The notes below the pieces were generated by a model that did not search any database, was not told the origin of the DNA, and was given only the letters and a program-made list of their open reading frames with translations. DNA of 64,000 bases from a virus (lineage: Duplodnaviria; Caudoviricetes): the IMG/VR virus record IMGVR_UViG_3300028591_000078, positions 64,001 through 128,000 of that record. One strand, 5' to 3'. Positions 1 to 10,586 of the stretch are shown here, in pieces (position 1 is the stretch's first letter; each line of letters begins with the position of its first letter). The translations under genes were made by a program, and so were the position numbers.

Positions 1-1
1 T

Positions 2-1795
2 CCGAAAGAAGCTCTCGCTAGAGGATCTGTAACTAATGCTACAGACCTTAATAATTACTTCAACCAGATTAATACTGAGAACTCTCATATTAAAGCTCTG
101 AGAAAGAGAGACAATCAGTTAGAGAGATTATATTATACCTACAATATTATCAAGGATAACAATAATAACGTAGTACCTACTAATACAATCGATGTAAAGG
201 TTCCGTATAGATACTTCCCTAATGCTGGATCTACAGATCTGAATGAAAGTCTTACTATACTTCCTGGAACTAAGATATTCTTCTGTAAAGATGAATATGG
301 TAATTATGATGCAGGATTTATTGATGATGGTCAGCCTCATACAGGAGATGATGTATTTACTTATATGAGTCCTTTCACCATGAAGATCAATCAGAATCCT
401 CTGTTTGCATCATACTATATAGATATAATCCATGATACCAGATATCTTGAGTTTAACTGGATTAATGATGACTGTGGTATTCAGTTTATAGCATCTACTT
501 TACAGGTAGATAGAAACTTTTATACTGACAGAAACACTTATCATATGACTATAGATATAGCTCAGAATATCAATGAAGATTATAAGCTTTCTATTATAGA
601 TCCTGATACAGGTGAGATTGTAGTTAATAAGATTAAGATGATTGGTCTTATATACAATAAAAACAATAAGTATCAGGTTCCTTATAGATTTATAGAAGCT
701 GAACTCTGTACAGATACTGCTGATAAACAAGAGTATACAGATTATATGTACAAGTTCAAGTTTGACCTTGAGACTAATAATATCATGACAGATGAGAATG
801 AGTTGATTATAACTAATTCTCATGAGCCCAGATCTGGCAATGTAGTTAGAGCTGAGTTCGATGATACTATGTATATGGATATCTATATCCTTCTCAAGAC
901 AGATCCCTCTGAAGGTAGTCCTACAAACTTTGATATCATTAGAAATGATCTCGATAGATGGATGCCTAAGAAAAAGACTATAGCATATAATGGTGTAACT
1001 TATGATGTAGATATGAATAATAAAGCTCTTAATGCCAATGGTGGTATTAATGAAGAAGCTACAGCATATCTACTTGAGCATCTTGATGAGGTTCAGATAG
1101 ATGAATCTAAGAATTATCTGGATGGATACACTATCACTAATATATATAGAGTAACAGATGGATTCCAGATCTTCTATAATTATACTGATGAAATCAATTC
1201 AGAGATAACTACCGAAGGTGGAGATTGGGATACCATCTTTAGAATCAATAAAGTTCCGCTTGTAAAGTTTGACTACCTTGATACAGAGGATAAGATGACC
1301 TTTGTAGTAAAGGAGATCAGACTTAAGTTGGAATATATTCTTAAATGCCTTGATAAGCTTGAAACTTCCTTCGGAGTAGATTATAAACTGTTCAATACTT
1401 ATGGACCAGCTACTATATTCTATATCCAGAGAGAGAATAACGTTCTTATCAACAGAGTAAATCTGACTATGCAGTTTAAGCTTAAGCTGTACAGCAATGT
1501 CGATAAGTCTCTTGTTGATTATATAATCAAAGATGTAAAGGTTTATATGGAACAGATTGATGAAGTTAAAGATCTTCATATGCCTAACCTTATAACTTAT
1601 ATCACTACTAAATATAGAGAGCATATAGTATACTTTGAGTTTGTTGATATTAATGGTTATGGTCCTGGTGAACAGCATATCACCATGGATGATACATATG
1701 AGACAAGCTCTAGAACACCAGAGTTCTTGAATATAAATACTGTAAGGGATGAGAATGGAAATGAGGTTCCGGACATCCTAATACAGCTCATGTAA
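2..1795 (+). CDS. Virion structural protein, probably baseplate wedge (5'-truncated at window edge)
   Basis: The frame of ORF 365..1795 is open back to base 2 (PKEALARGSVTNATDLNNYF...). That segment resembles the conserved T4 gp6-like wedge motif. Confidence 0.5.
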   Translation, partial: PKEALARGSVTNATDLNNYFNQINTENSHIKALRKRDNQLERLYYTYNIIKDNNNNVVPTNTIDVKVPYRYFPNAGSTDLNESLTILPGTKIFFCKDEYGNYDAGFIDDGQPHTGDDVFTYMSPFTMKINQNPLFASYYIDIIHDTRYLEFNWINDDCGIQFIASTLQVDRNFYTDRNTYHMTIDIAQNINEDYKLSIIDPDTGEIVVNKIKMIGLIYNKNNKYQVPYRFIEAELCTDTADKQEYTDYMYKFKFDLETNNIMTDENELIITNSHEPRSGNVVRAEFDDTMYMDIYILLKTDPSEGSPTNFDIIRNDLDRWMPKKKTIAYNGVTYDVDMNNKALNANGGINEEATAYLLEHLDEVQIDESKNYLDGYTITNIYRVTDGFQIFYNYTDEINSEITTEGGDWDTIFRINKVPLVKFDYLDTEDKMTFVVKEIRLKLEYILKCLDKLETSFGVDYKLFNTYGPATIFYIQRENNVLINRVNLTMQFKLKLYSNVDKSLVDYIIKDVKVYMEQIDEVKDLHMPNLITYITTKYREHIVYFEFVDINGYGPGEQHITMDDTYETSSRTPEFLNINTVRDENGNEVPDILIQLM

Positions 1796-1837
1796 CATTC
1801 AAGTAAATATACTCAAGTAAAGGAGGATTATATAGCA

Positions 1838-2779
1838 ATGGCCCGCTTAATGAGCACTAAGGAGTACGTTAATTGTCTCCTTGATGAATATAATCGTAAA
1901 GTCGATCCTTCTCATAAGACAAGAAGTCAGAAGTACCAGCTTCTTCAGGAGCAGGAGATGACAGAAACTCGTGATCAGCTCACCAATAAGGTTTACGTTG
2001 AAGAAACCAGAATGGGTAAGTATAATAGGTTTATTGCAGACTCAAAGAAAGCACTCTTAGAAGAGTGTATATATAGAACTTTTGATGCTAGTCTTCGCAA
2101 GGTTAATCCCGCTCCTACGCTAGAGTCTACTTGTAGAGCTCTGGTAGATAACTTTGTTAATGAACAGGGCGTGGAGAACCTTCTGCAGAGATTCAGAACA
2201 CAGTCTGTATTCCTTTCAGAGCTTGCTCTTCTGGTAGATAAGTTCCATAAGAAGATAGTAGAATCTTGTGATAAAGATAATGAGGAAACCTTTAAGGTTG
2301 ATGCAAATATCACCGATAAGTTCTACGAAGAGCTTGATGCTGTAAATGCTGATGAAGTTATTTATAGTATCCGTAATCGTGTAGCTGATTCTATGAATGA
2401 GTTTATTGATCAGAACGCTGCTGACAAGATCGCTATTAAGGATGTCCTTAAGGATACCAAAGATCAGATGGATGCATTGAAAGGCGAGGTACCTGACGAG
2501 GTAAGAGAAAGCTATACTTATGATGCAAAACGCAAAGTTACACAGATAAGGAACAGACGTCCTAAGACAGTTATATCTGCAATGGTTGAGTCTATGCTTA
2601 GAAAAGCATATAAGGATGAAAACTATAGAGCAATATACTTCGATGGAGTCAATCCTAATATGGATAAAATCATTGAAAACTGCGAGATCATGTATACCTT
2701 CCTTGAGACAGTAAGTACAACGAAGATGATCGACGTGAACGAGAATTACATCAGAGAAATCCTCTCTGACATGAACTAA
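1838..2779 (+). CDS. Hypothetical protein, probably virion-associated (313 aa)
   Basis: AGGAGG RBS, late-type promoter AACA-N6-TA at 1794-1805, terminator downstream. Confidence 0.6.
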   Translation: MARLMSTKEYVNCLLDEYNRKVDPSHKTRSQKYQLLQEQEMTETRDQLTNKVYVEETRMGKYNRFIADSKKALLEECIYRTFDASLRKVNPAPTLESTCRALVDNFVNEQGVENLLQRFRTQSVFLSELALLVDKFHKKIVESCDKDNEETFKVDANITDKFYEELDAVNADEVIYSIRNRVADSMNEFIDQNAADKIAIKDVLKDTKDQMDALKGEVPDEVRESYTYDAKRKVTQIRNRRPKTVISAMVESMLRKAYKDENYRAIYFDGVNPNMDKIIENCEIMYTFLETVSTTKMIDVNENYIREILSDMN

Positions 2780-2784
2780 AATAT

Positions 2785-2816
2785 TCCCCATAGTCATAGC
2801 GACTATGGGGATTTTT
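2785..2816 (+). terminator. Intrinsic terminator
   Basis: TCCCCATAGTC/GACTATGGGGA stem followed by a T tract. Confidence 0.85.
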
Positions 2817-2827
2817 GTGCATTTTGC

Positions 2828-2863
2828 TAAACTAAAAGATTTCAATTATATATTATAATAGTG
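2828..2863 (+). promoter_or_regulatory. Early-type phage promoter (TATATTAT-N5-TG with upstream TAAAAGATTTCAAT)
   Basis: Core motif TATAYTAT-N5-TG at 2849, 10551, 12656, 13720-34(-), 19489-503(-), 33056-70(-), 40658 (CATATTAT variant), 44013, 47567, 48652, 49936, 54826, 57846 and 61766, all intergenic and facing a gene or array. It resembles phiKZ/AR9 early promoters. Confidence 0.8.
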
Positions 2864-3250
2864 AGTAAGAAAAGAATGTTTGGAGGTGATACATAACTTA
2901 CTCACTATACCCACCGGTGAACCAAAGATAAAAGACAACCCTGGAGCTAGGACTCCAGGGTTAGTCAGAAAGGTGGGTGATTAAAATATGTGGGATAATA
3001 TACTTTCCACATCCGCTTACATACAGCTCAGATCCATGGTCAGAGTTATGTGTGTAGGCAAGGGAGTTGAATTTCTCCCTGAGACGAAGAGTTTGTTCGA
3101 CTGCAAAGCTAACAATACTCTTCACAAAATGGGTCTTTATTGATCCATAAGCATGATAAACGAGTAATCACCCGATTACTCATTTATCATATTGTTGTTA
3201 CTAGTGTAGAGAATTACATAAAGTCCTGTACAATTCTCTATGATACTAGG
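2862..3250 (+). ncRNA. Candidate highly structured ncRNA or long leader
   Basis: A chain of about 9 consecutive hairpins follows an early promoter. Only a 51-codon ORF (2988-3143) lies inside. Confidence 0.5.
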
Positions 3251-3296
3251 CTAAAAACACATTCTTGTACAGGCAAGCGCGGGAGGCGCTAGAAAT

Positions 3297-3602
3297 ATGA
3301 TCATGACACAGAATATTGTCAAGGCAGTAACTATAGCAGTACTGACAAAAAGGTTCTGGAAGGGTAAGAATTTGTCCCCCAGAATGGCAGTCTCTGATGA
3401 AAACAGAAAAGACTGTTTCGAACTGATGATAGCATCAATACCAGATGCTATCTCAGACATAGTACTTGAAAGAGATGTCAGCCTCGATAGAAGGTTGGCA
3501 ATAGGAAACACAATCGGCCTCTGGACTGATCCTAAAAATGCAGAAGATGCAATGCTCAGCATCGTAGATGCATTACACAACAGATTCGGCTATGACGTTT
3601 AA
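3297..3602 (+). CDS. Hypothetical early protein (paralogue of 37337-37678)
   Basis: GGGAGG upstream, terminator downstream, visible similarity to the 37337 ORF. Confidence 0.65.
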   Translation: MIMTQNIVKAVTIAVLTKRFWKGKNLSPRMAVSDENRKDCFELMIASIPDAISDIVLERDVSLDRRLAIGNTIGLWTDPKNAEDAMLSIVDALHNRFGYDV

Positions 3603-3615
3603 GTTATAGTCGAAT

Positions 3616-3652
3616 AAAATAAAACGGGGCACTCATAGCCCCGTTTATTTTT
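3616..3652. terminator. Bidirectional intrinsic terminator
   Basis: A tract, AAACGGGGC/GCCCCGTTT stem and T tract between convergent genes. A near-identical copy lies at 13426-13465. Confidence 0.85.
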
Positions 3653-3654
3653 AC

Positions 3655-4827
3655 TTACATACTACGATTTTCTACAATGTCAGGATAGTTAACCTGAATT
3701 ATAGGGGCTCTATAATCATACTTATAGAGTTTCTTCTTAGAAAGTTCATCTCTGCACTTGTAGTATCTATCAAGGATTCCATACCAACGCTCTCTTTCTC
3801 TATCAGACATCTCTTCATTAGATACATAATCTGACAGAATAGAGATCTTAGTATTCAACTCTCTGAGCAGCATAAGAGCATCATCTTCATCATAGATATG
3901 TTTTACTCTTATAGCATACTCATACAGGTCATCCTCAAAACCTCTGATACCTTTATAGGTACAAGCCTTTCTGGTATCATTGATTTTCTTTTTTAGGTTC
4001 TCTATCAAAGATGCTTCTAAGAGATTAGAATCATCGATCCTGTATAGAGAATCTTTGACCTTGCTCATTTCTTGTCTCTCATATTTTGAGCCAGTCATAT
4101 CCATACCACGTTTAAGGGTTTTGAGTGCGGGTATTCTCTTAAACTTTACATCTTTATACAGACGCAAGCACCAAGAAAGAACTATCATCTTGTTCTTAAC
4201 TTCCTTGTTTATCATAAAACCGTTCTTATTGATCTTCTTTAAAGCTTCAGTAAGGTCGGTACCATATCCGCAAGCAAAAGCAAACTCATCAGCAATGAGT
4301 TCTTCATCATCTCTCTCAAACACAGAAGTTACTTTTCTCAGTGTATTCTGAATACCATATCTGAGAATTTCACGATAGCTGGCAGAGTCATTGAGTTGGA
4401 TAACATCCTTCTCTTTCATAAGATATACATCTATGCACTTTCTAACCTCTTCAGTAGGCTGAGAGTCCTTTACAAGATGCCCTACTTCATGGAGAAGTAT
4501 AGCAACAAACTCTCTTTCAGTAAGTCCGAGAGTTACATCGAGAAGCTTAGAATCAAGCTCTATATAATATTCAGTAAATCTTACAGGAGTTTTTTCTCCT
4601 ACAATTACACCAACCTGAGCATCTTCAATCAGAGGTACGACACACATACCAAAGAAGAGTTTATCAGTATTCTTGGTGTATATAATATCCTTGCACTTAG
4701 CATCATTAAAGAACTTGTTAAGCTCATTCTTGAGTGCTTTAAGGTTTGTATAAGATGGCGTAACGAGTATATCAGCAGCAATACTATCAAACTCGCTAAA
4801 GTCATATCTTATTCTAGGTACTGGCAT
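3655..4827 (-). CDS. HExxH zinc-metallopeptidase-like protein, probably virion-associated
   Basis: ILLHEVGH followed by EELIADEFAFACGYG (M48-like layout). Lies directly downstream of the capsid gene. Confidence 0.6.
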   Translation of the reverse strand: MPVPRIRYDFSEFDSIAADILVTPSYTNLKALKNELNKFFNDAKCKDIIYTKNTDKLFFGMCVVPLIEDAQVGVIVGEKTPVRFTEYYIELDSKLLDVTLGLTEREFVAILLHEVGHLVKDSQPTEEVRKCIDVYLMKEKDVIQLNDSASYREILRYGIQNTLRKVTSVFERDDEELIADEFAFACGYGTDLTEALKKINKNGFMINKEVKNKMIVLSWCLRLYKDVKFKRIPALKTLKRGMDMTGSKYERQEMSKVKDSLYRIDDSNLLEASLIENLKKKINDTRKACTYKGIRGFEDDLYEYAIRVKHIYDEDDALMLLRELNTKISILSDYVSNEEMSDRERERWYGILDRYYKCRDELSKKKLYKYDYRAPIIQVNYPDIVENRSM

Positions 4828-4912
4828 ATTCTTATACCTCCAGTTGTAAAAAGATATAAAAAGAGCCTACGGCCTAATAGCCGTAGGCCCTAAAGCTTAG
4901 CTTATGAATCCA

Positions 4913-6715
4913 TTACGTAGTAGGCTCAGGATTATCGATATCGAAATCATTGAAGCCAATTGTAGAACCGATAGGATCATCATTAGCAATCATCTCACGG
5001 AGACCTGTAGGATTGAGGATCTTCAGACGGCCCTGTACAGGCTGGTATTCCTCTACCTTGAATCTCTCAAATGCATGAATTGCAGGCAGAGCAGGATTGT
5101 TAGCGTTCCTGATCTCATTGCTTACATACATCTGGTAATCATAGATTCTGTACATGAAACGCTCAGTGTTTCTAGGACAGAGGATGATCATGAGGTTATT
5201 GTTATCACGAAGCTTATCAGAACTAATGAACTGGTAAGTTCTCTTGTCACTTGTAGTAACTGTCTTTACGAAGTCGAGCTCTACAGGACCGATGTTACCA
5301 GGAGTCTGATATGTGTACTCAGTAGGAGTAATCTTACGAATAAGATCATCACGACCGATTACAGAGATTGTCATGTTAGGATCGTTAAGGACATGCAGGA
5401 GCTGAGTTACATGTGTATCCAGAGCATCCATAAATGTCTTATGTCTCCACTCGATGTGGTCAAGCATATAGCCCTCACGAGGAGCGAAGTCAAATGTACG
5501 AGCGATCTTGCAGCCAGGATCAAGATTGATGAAGCTGTTATCAAGGAATCTTCTGATCTTATCATCCTTGTAGTTAGCAAGAGTGATCTTGAAGAGACTC
5601 ATGATCTTTGTAAGCTGGTTAATCTGATACAGAGCAGCGATATCCTTAACCTCTTCAGGAGAGATAGGAGTATTGATCGGAATAGCATTCGGGATTTCGA
5701 TCAGCTTAGTATTAGCAGACCACTTAACCGAAGCAGTTCTCAGCATAGCTGTAGAAGTGTCGATTCTTGTATTCAGTACACACTTTGTAATGGCAGCATT
5801 GGAGCACTGGATACCAAATCTGTTCTTCTTCATCCAACCAGAGATGAAGCCCTTAACTGTAGCAGTACCGTTCTTGATCTCAAAGCTTTCCATAGCCTGA
5901 CGATCGAGATCACCATATGCTACATTGAATGGAATATTTACATCAGCGATGTAGTTAGTTACATCAGTAGAATCAGCAGTTGTAGTAGCAGTCTTGATTT
6001 CTCCGGTAGTAGCATCAAGATATCTGTACTTTACATTCTTGCCTGTAACTGTGCACTCATCGAGAACAAGACCATCGATATAGGTCTCGATCGAGAGGTT
6101 GTCATCAAGCTCATTAGCACCAAACAGAGTAAAGAGCACATTTGTCTCACCAAGTTCAGGAAGTGTAAGAACGATTTCCTTCATGGGAGCTGCCTGCTCC
6201 ATAGCATCTGTCATCTTCCACTGCTCACGGAACATATCAATCTCTGTTCCATCAGGAGCAACAAGGGTTCTAGTCTCCATTGTTACTGTGAACTTAGGAG
6301 ATGTAGCTACTACCTTCGGAATAGCACCCTTATCGAAGATATTGTTCATAAGAATATTCTTATGAATCGGGAAGCTCATGCCGATCACGGGGTTGTAAGC
6401 AGAGATAGGAGCATACTCAAGGATAGCTTCCTTATCATTTGTATACTGCTCATTCATCATTTCCTCATGATCCTGAACCTCTTCTGTAGTCATATGCTCG
6501 TAGTCAGCAGACTGCTCTACGAAGAATGTACGCATAGCTGTATCAGAAGCACGGTTGTTAAGAACCTTAGCGCCTTCCTGGAATACATCGAATCCAGTTT
6601 CATTAAGAATGTCCTTTGTTACTTTATTGAACGCCGAAGCGAATCTAGCCATCGGGTCCTGCATATAACCCTTGCCCGCTACCATAGGCTGGGGTCTTGT
6701 ACCAACAGTAGGCAT
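4913..6715 (-). CDS. Major capsid protein precursor
   Basis: 600 aa, strongly biased codon usage, strong RBS, own late promoter (6796-6807) and terminator. Sequence type fits AR9/phiKZ-like capsid proteins, with a possible ILE maturation site near residue 100. Confidence 0.75.
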   Translation of the reverse strand: MPTVGTRPQPMVAGKGYMQDPMARFASAFNKVTKDILNETGFDVFQEGAKVLNNRASDTAMRTFFVEQSADYEHMTTEEVQDHEEMMNEQYTNDKEAILEYAPISAYNPVIGMSFPIHKNILMNNIFDKGAIPKVVATSPKFTVTMETRTLVAPDGTEIDMFREQWKMTDAMEQAAPMKEIVLTLPELGETNVLFTLFGANELDDNLSIETYIDGLVLDECTVTGKNVKYRYLDATTGEIKTATTTADSTDVTNYIADVNIPFNVAYGDLDRQAMESFEIKNGTATVKGFISGWMKKNRFGIQCSNAAITKCVLNTRIDTSTAMLRTASVKWSANTKLIEIPNAIPINTPISPEEVKDIAALYQINQLTKIMSLFKITLANYKDDKIRRFLDNSFINLDPGCKIARTFDFAPREGYMLDHIEWRHKTFMDALDTHVTQLLHVLNDPNMTISVIGRDDLIRKITPTEYTYQTPGNIGPVELDFVKTVTTSDKRTYQFISSDKLRDNNNLMIILCPRNTERFMYRIYDYQMYVSNEIRNANNPALPAIHAFERFKVEEYQPVQGRLKILNPTGLREMIANDDPIGSTIGFNDFDIDNPEPTT

Positions 6716-6829
6716 AATTTATAATCCTCCTTTTTAGAATTATTATCTTTGATTTTTGTTTATAGCCCAGATATCATGAAGATAGCTAGCTATTTTATTG
6801 TAATGTTATAAAAACCACTCTTGGTTTGA

Positions 6830-7876
6830 TTAGGTTTCCTCGTCAGAATTGCTTGTTTTAGGGGCTAATTCTTCAAGTAATTGATTAATCGTGTTAAGAG
6901 TAGCTAAACATTGCTGATAAATTACCATATTCTCAGTATAACCTCTAGTAGGATACCCTTCTGTAAGGTTATAATGTATCATGGTTCTGAGTTCAGTAAG
7001 CTTCGTACCTACAAATTCTAATGCTTTTATATTAGAATCTGTCTTAGGAATCTTATTAACTCTTTCTATTACGTCTCCAAGAGTCTCATACAGATCTATA
7101 AACTGACTCTTAAGTTCAATATGCTTAATAGCCATCTGCTGATCAGATAGATCTGAGAATAACTCTTTCTCTATATTATCTATTTCTTCTGCAGTCTTTA
7201 CTCCTCCAGTAGAATCTGATCCACTATCATCATCTGTTCCAGAGGTATCATCGTCGCCAGTAGAGCCACTATCACTAGAGCCGCCGCCAGATGTATCACC
7301 TTCAGCACCTTCCCCAGCATCTCCTTCTCCGCCACCTTCATCATCATCTGATGGCATATCTCCACCAAGATCTTCATCTTCGTCTCCGCCACCAGTATCA
7401 TCACCTTCTGCAGGAGGTTCTCCAGAGTCATCCCCGCCTTCATCGTCGTCGGTAGGCATGTCGTCTCCTAAATCTCCTTCATCTTCTCCGCCAGCATTAT
7501 CATCATCGGGGATATTATAATCTGTATCATCTCCTACAGTATTATCATCCCCACCTTCATCATCATCAGAAGGCATATCGTCACCTAAGTCACCATCATC
7601 TTCGCCTTCATCTTCTGCAGGAGGTTCTTCTCCTCCTTCATCTCCACCTTCTTCATCATCGTCGGTGGGCATATCATCACCAAGATCAGAATCATCATCT
7701 CCTGCATCGTCAGGAGTATTATTCTGATCATTATCATTGGCATCTTCATCATCAGTAGGAGGGGTTCCTACATCCTCATCTTCATCATCGTCCTGGCTTA
7801 TATTCTCCTGTTGTCTATTAGGACCAGTACGAGTAAGCTCATTCAATGATCTTAAACCATTAAAGAATATTCCCAT
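6830..7876 (-). CDS. Highly acidic low-complexity protein, putative scaffold or internal head protein
   Basis: D/E/G-rich with 4 copies of DLG[DG]DMP[TS]DDDE and a helical C-terminus. Adjacent to the capsid gene. Confidence 0.55.
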   Translation of the reverse strand: MGIFFNGLRSLNELTRTGPNRQQENISQDDDEDEDVGTPPTDDEDANDNDQNNTPDDAGDDDSDLGDDMPTDDDEEGGDEGGEEPPAEDEGEDDGDLGDDMPSDDDEGGDDNTVGDDTDYNIPDDDNAGGEDEGDLGDDMPTDDDEGGDDSGEPPAEGDDTGGGDEDEDLGGDMPSDDDEGGGEGDAGEGAEGDTSGGGSSDSGSTGDDDTSGTDDDSGSDSTGGVKTAEEIDNIEKELFSDLSDQQMAIKHIELKSQFIDLYETLGDVIERVNKIPKTDSNIKALEFVGTKLTELRTMIHYNLTEGYPTRGYTENMVIYQQCLATLNTINQLLEELAPKTSNSDEET

Positions 7877-7894
7877 TAGAGAAATCTCCTTTCT

Positions 7895-10453
7895 TTAATC
7901 TTCTTCAGTGGTGTTAGTAGTAGTATATAACTTCTGACCTACTTCTATCTTAGCATGATATCTAAGCACAGCTCTCTGTTTCTCAAGAGCCCTCTTAGTC
8001 TGAAGAAGAGATTTGATAGCTTTCATATCATTCTTATCTTCAGCAAGCTTTATATAACGGTTGCACATATCAAGCTCTAAGTCTATCTCATCCATAATCA
8101 TCTGTCTTTCTTTTCTTCTATGAACAGCAGATGCACCTATATAGCCAAGAAGACCTATAACTGCTACTGCAGGGCTTACTAATGCAGCACCACCAGTAAC
8201 AATAGCAAGTTTTATAATCTTAGAAGCTGAAGGTAATATACTTCCCTTTATAACAGCTTCTCTATTCTGAGATGCAAGAGCTCTATCAACGTTTCTAGAG
8301 AGTGTATCCATAGACATATCTATCTTATTAGATACATTCTTCTCTACGTCTATACCCTTTCTTACACCCTTCTTAAAGTTTTCTGCTGCAAGCTTAAGCT
8401 TAGATACTGCAGAAATACCTTTCTTCTTAACACCAGAACCTATATCCTTACTTTTATTATCAGTAGGATTAATAGGTTTACCGGTCTTAGGATCTATAGT
8501 AGAACCTAATTCCATAATAGGTTCTTCAGAGTAGATACTAATAAGATCCTTTACAGCTTCACAGACTAGATTAAGATCCTCATAGTCTGTATAGAACTCT
8601 GCAAAGTTATCATATTCTCTATCCTTAACCCTTATTCTGTCTAAACGATCTTCATTATTTGCATAACAATCGATCTTTACATATTTATCGTATCCAGTTT
8701 CTTTTCTAGCCATCTCTTTAATAACAGAGAGTGAGTTATGGAGTCTAGATATATCAAACATTTCAGGATATACAGATACTACAGTAACAAGATTATCTAT
8801 ATCATCCAGATTCATATCTGAAAGTTTAGAGCATATCTGTTCTGTAATAGCAACTGGATTCCAATCTTTGAGATTATCTACAAGCTTTTCAGTAAGAAGT
8901 ATCTTACTCATAGCTTCAAGCTCAGCAGTCTCAAACTTAAGATCGGAAAAGTCTATATTAAAGTCATCGAGATCACTAGATCCAGACTTACCAGCACGTT
9001 TAGCATCTCTCTTAGCTTGACGCTCATATGCTTCATCAGATCTCTTATCATTTTCTTCTGCAGTGAATCTATCTTCTGCATAGTTCTCGATTTTTCTCAT
9101 ATCTTCTTTAAGCTTATCTCTATAAGCTTTAAGATTCTTCTTATGATTCTCATTCTTAGCCTTCTCCATGGCTCGTTCAGTCTTATCAATTTCCTTTTCA
9201 TATATCTTGATAGACTTATCTATATTCTTACGAGTAAGATCCATAGATATAAAGAAGTCTGTTATGAGAGTTATTACACCAAGTATAGGATTTATAGCAG
9301 TAGCACCAATTACAAAGAATACTCTTATAAGGGCAAACATATTTACAGTCTCATTGATTATATCTTCATCAGACTTTACATACATCTTCTTTACAAGAGC
9401 TTTCAAACCTGTAACCGTTTTATCCTTAGCAAGCTTAAACTGCTGAAGCATCTCTTTAGCAGTATTCTTTTCCAATGCTTCTTCTAAAAGCATTGGATCA
9501 TCGTCTGCTATATTGCTATTCTTAAACTCCTTAAATACATACTTTACATCAGAGAGTTCATCATCTGTATAGAATCTATTCTTAGAAAGAATATATCTTA
9601 CATCATGTATAACACCTTCTGTAACAGGAGTATTCATTAAGAAGTAATCTGTAACTATAGAAGCTATCTCATTAGCCTGATAAGGAATAGCATTCTTCTC
9701 AAAGCAATAACGGATATTTTCTAAAGCTACATTATACTTTACACCAAACGGCATATTGTATGTATCTATATACTCACAAAGCTCGAAGATACAATCTGTT
9801 ACATCTTCCGAGCAGTTAAGAGATCTAACTTTTTCATCTATATTAAATCTCTTAGAGAACTTTGTATGATTATTCAGCACTCTATCACACTGCCTGATTT
9901 CATCACAGGTTTCCAGTATCATATTGAATGCTTCATCAACTTTTTCTTCTTTCTTAGACTTAGGAGTCAAAGCATCTTTAACCTTATCTATCTGTGCTTT
10001 ATCTTTATTTTTTATATCTTGAACTCCATCCTTAACATTCTGCTTAGCCTGCTTGAAAGCATTCTTAGCAGCATCCATTCTATCATCTATTTTCTCATGG
10101 AGTTTTCTTTTAACCCAACCGATCTTTCTATGAACGCACTCTTCTGACTGTTCTCCATTTCTAACTTTACGGAGTACTCCTTCGCATATAAACTCTGCTG
10201 CGTTCTTGATCTCGGATTCTTTACCATTAACACATATCTCAGAGAAAATATCCATAGCTTTAGAGAAAGCTATATTAGTATTCTTGTCGAGATATTGCCA
10301 GTCTTTAAGAACTATCTTTGCATTATTGTATGAATAATGACTCAAGACACTCTCATATAAATAGGATGTGTTGCCTGAACTTGGCTGGATATAATTCATT
10401 GTAAGATCATTGCGTCTTCTTCTTACTTTATCCATGCCGATAGTTGACTTCAT
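7895..10453 (-). CDS. Large virion (internal head) protein
   Basis: About 850 aa with coiled coils and two hydrophobic hairpins. GGAGGAGAG RBS before ATG 10453 and AACT-N6-TA promoter upstream. Confidence 0.55.
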   Translation of the reverse strand: MKSTIGMDKVRRRRNDLTMNYIQPSSGNTSYLYESVLSHYSYNNAKIVLKDWQYLDKNTNIAFSKAMDIFSEICVNGKESEIKNAAEFICEGVLRKVRNGEQSEECVHRKIGWVKRKLHEKIDDRMDAAKNAFKQAKQNVKDGVQDIKNKDKAQIDKVKDALTPKSKKEEKVDEAFNMILETCDEIRQCDRVLNNHTKFSKRFNIDEKVRSLNCSEDVTDCIFELCEYIDTYNMPFGVKYNVALENIRYCFEKNAIPYQANEIASIVTDYFLMNTPVTEGVIHDVRYILSKNRFYTDDELSDVKYVFKEFKNSNIADDDPMLLEEALEKNTAKEMLQQFKLAKDKTVTGLKALVKKMYVKSDEDIINETVNMFALIRVFFVIGATAINPILGVITLITDFFISMDLTRKNIDKSIKIYEKEIDKTERAMEKAKNENHKKNLKAYRDKLKEDMRKIENYAEDRFTAEENDKRSDEAYERQAKRDAKRAGKSGSSDLDDFNIDFSDLKFETAELEAMSKILLTEKLVDNLKDWNPVAITEQICSKLSDMNLDDIDNLVTVVSVYPEMFDISRLHNSLSVIKEMARKETGYDKYVKIDCYANNEDRLDRIRVKDREYDNFAEFYTDYEDLNLVCEAVKDLISIYSEEPIMELGSTIDPKTGKPINPTDNKSKDIGSGVKKKGISAVSKLKLAAENFKKGVRKGIDVEKNVSNKIDMSMDTLSRNVDRALASQNREAVIKGSILPSASKIIKLAIVTGGAALVSPAVAVIGLLGYIGASAVHRRKERQMIMDEIDLELDMCNRYIKLAEDKNDMKAIKSLLQTKRALEKQRAVLRYHAKIEVGQKLYTTTNTTEED

Positions 10454-10586
10454 AAACTCTCCTCCTATCACAGAATATTACTAATAAGTTAACACAATGC
10501 CTTATCATAGGGGTTTAGAGTATTATGAAAAAGTAAATATTTTTGAATTATATATTATAAAAGTGCTAGGAAGGAGGATATTAATA

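Noticed and set aside
4904-6724. Long antisense ORFs (4904-6724+, 23039-24085+, 41324-42148-, 50702-51490- and similar)
   Set aside because: These are shadows of strongly codon-biased real genes, with no RBS or recognisable motifs.
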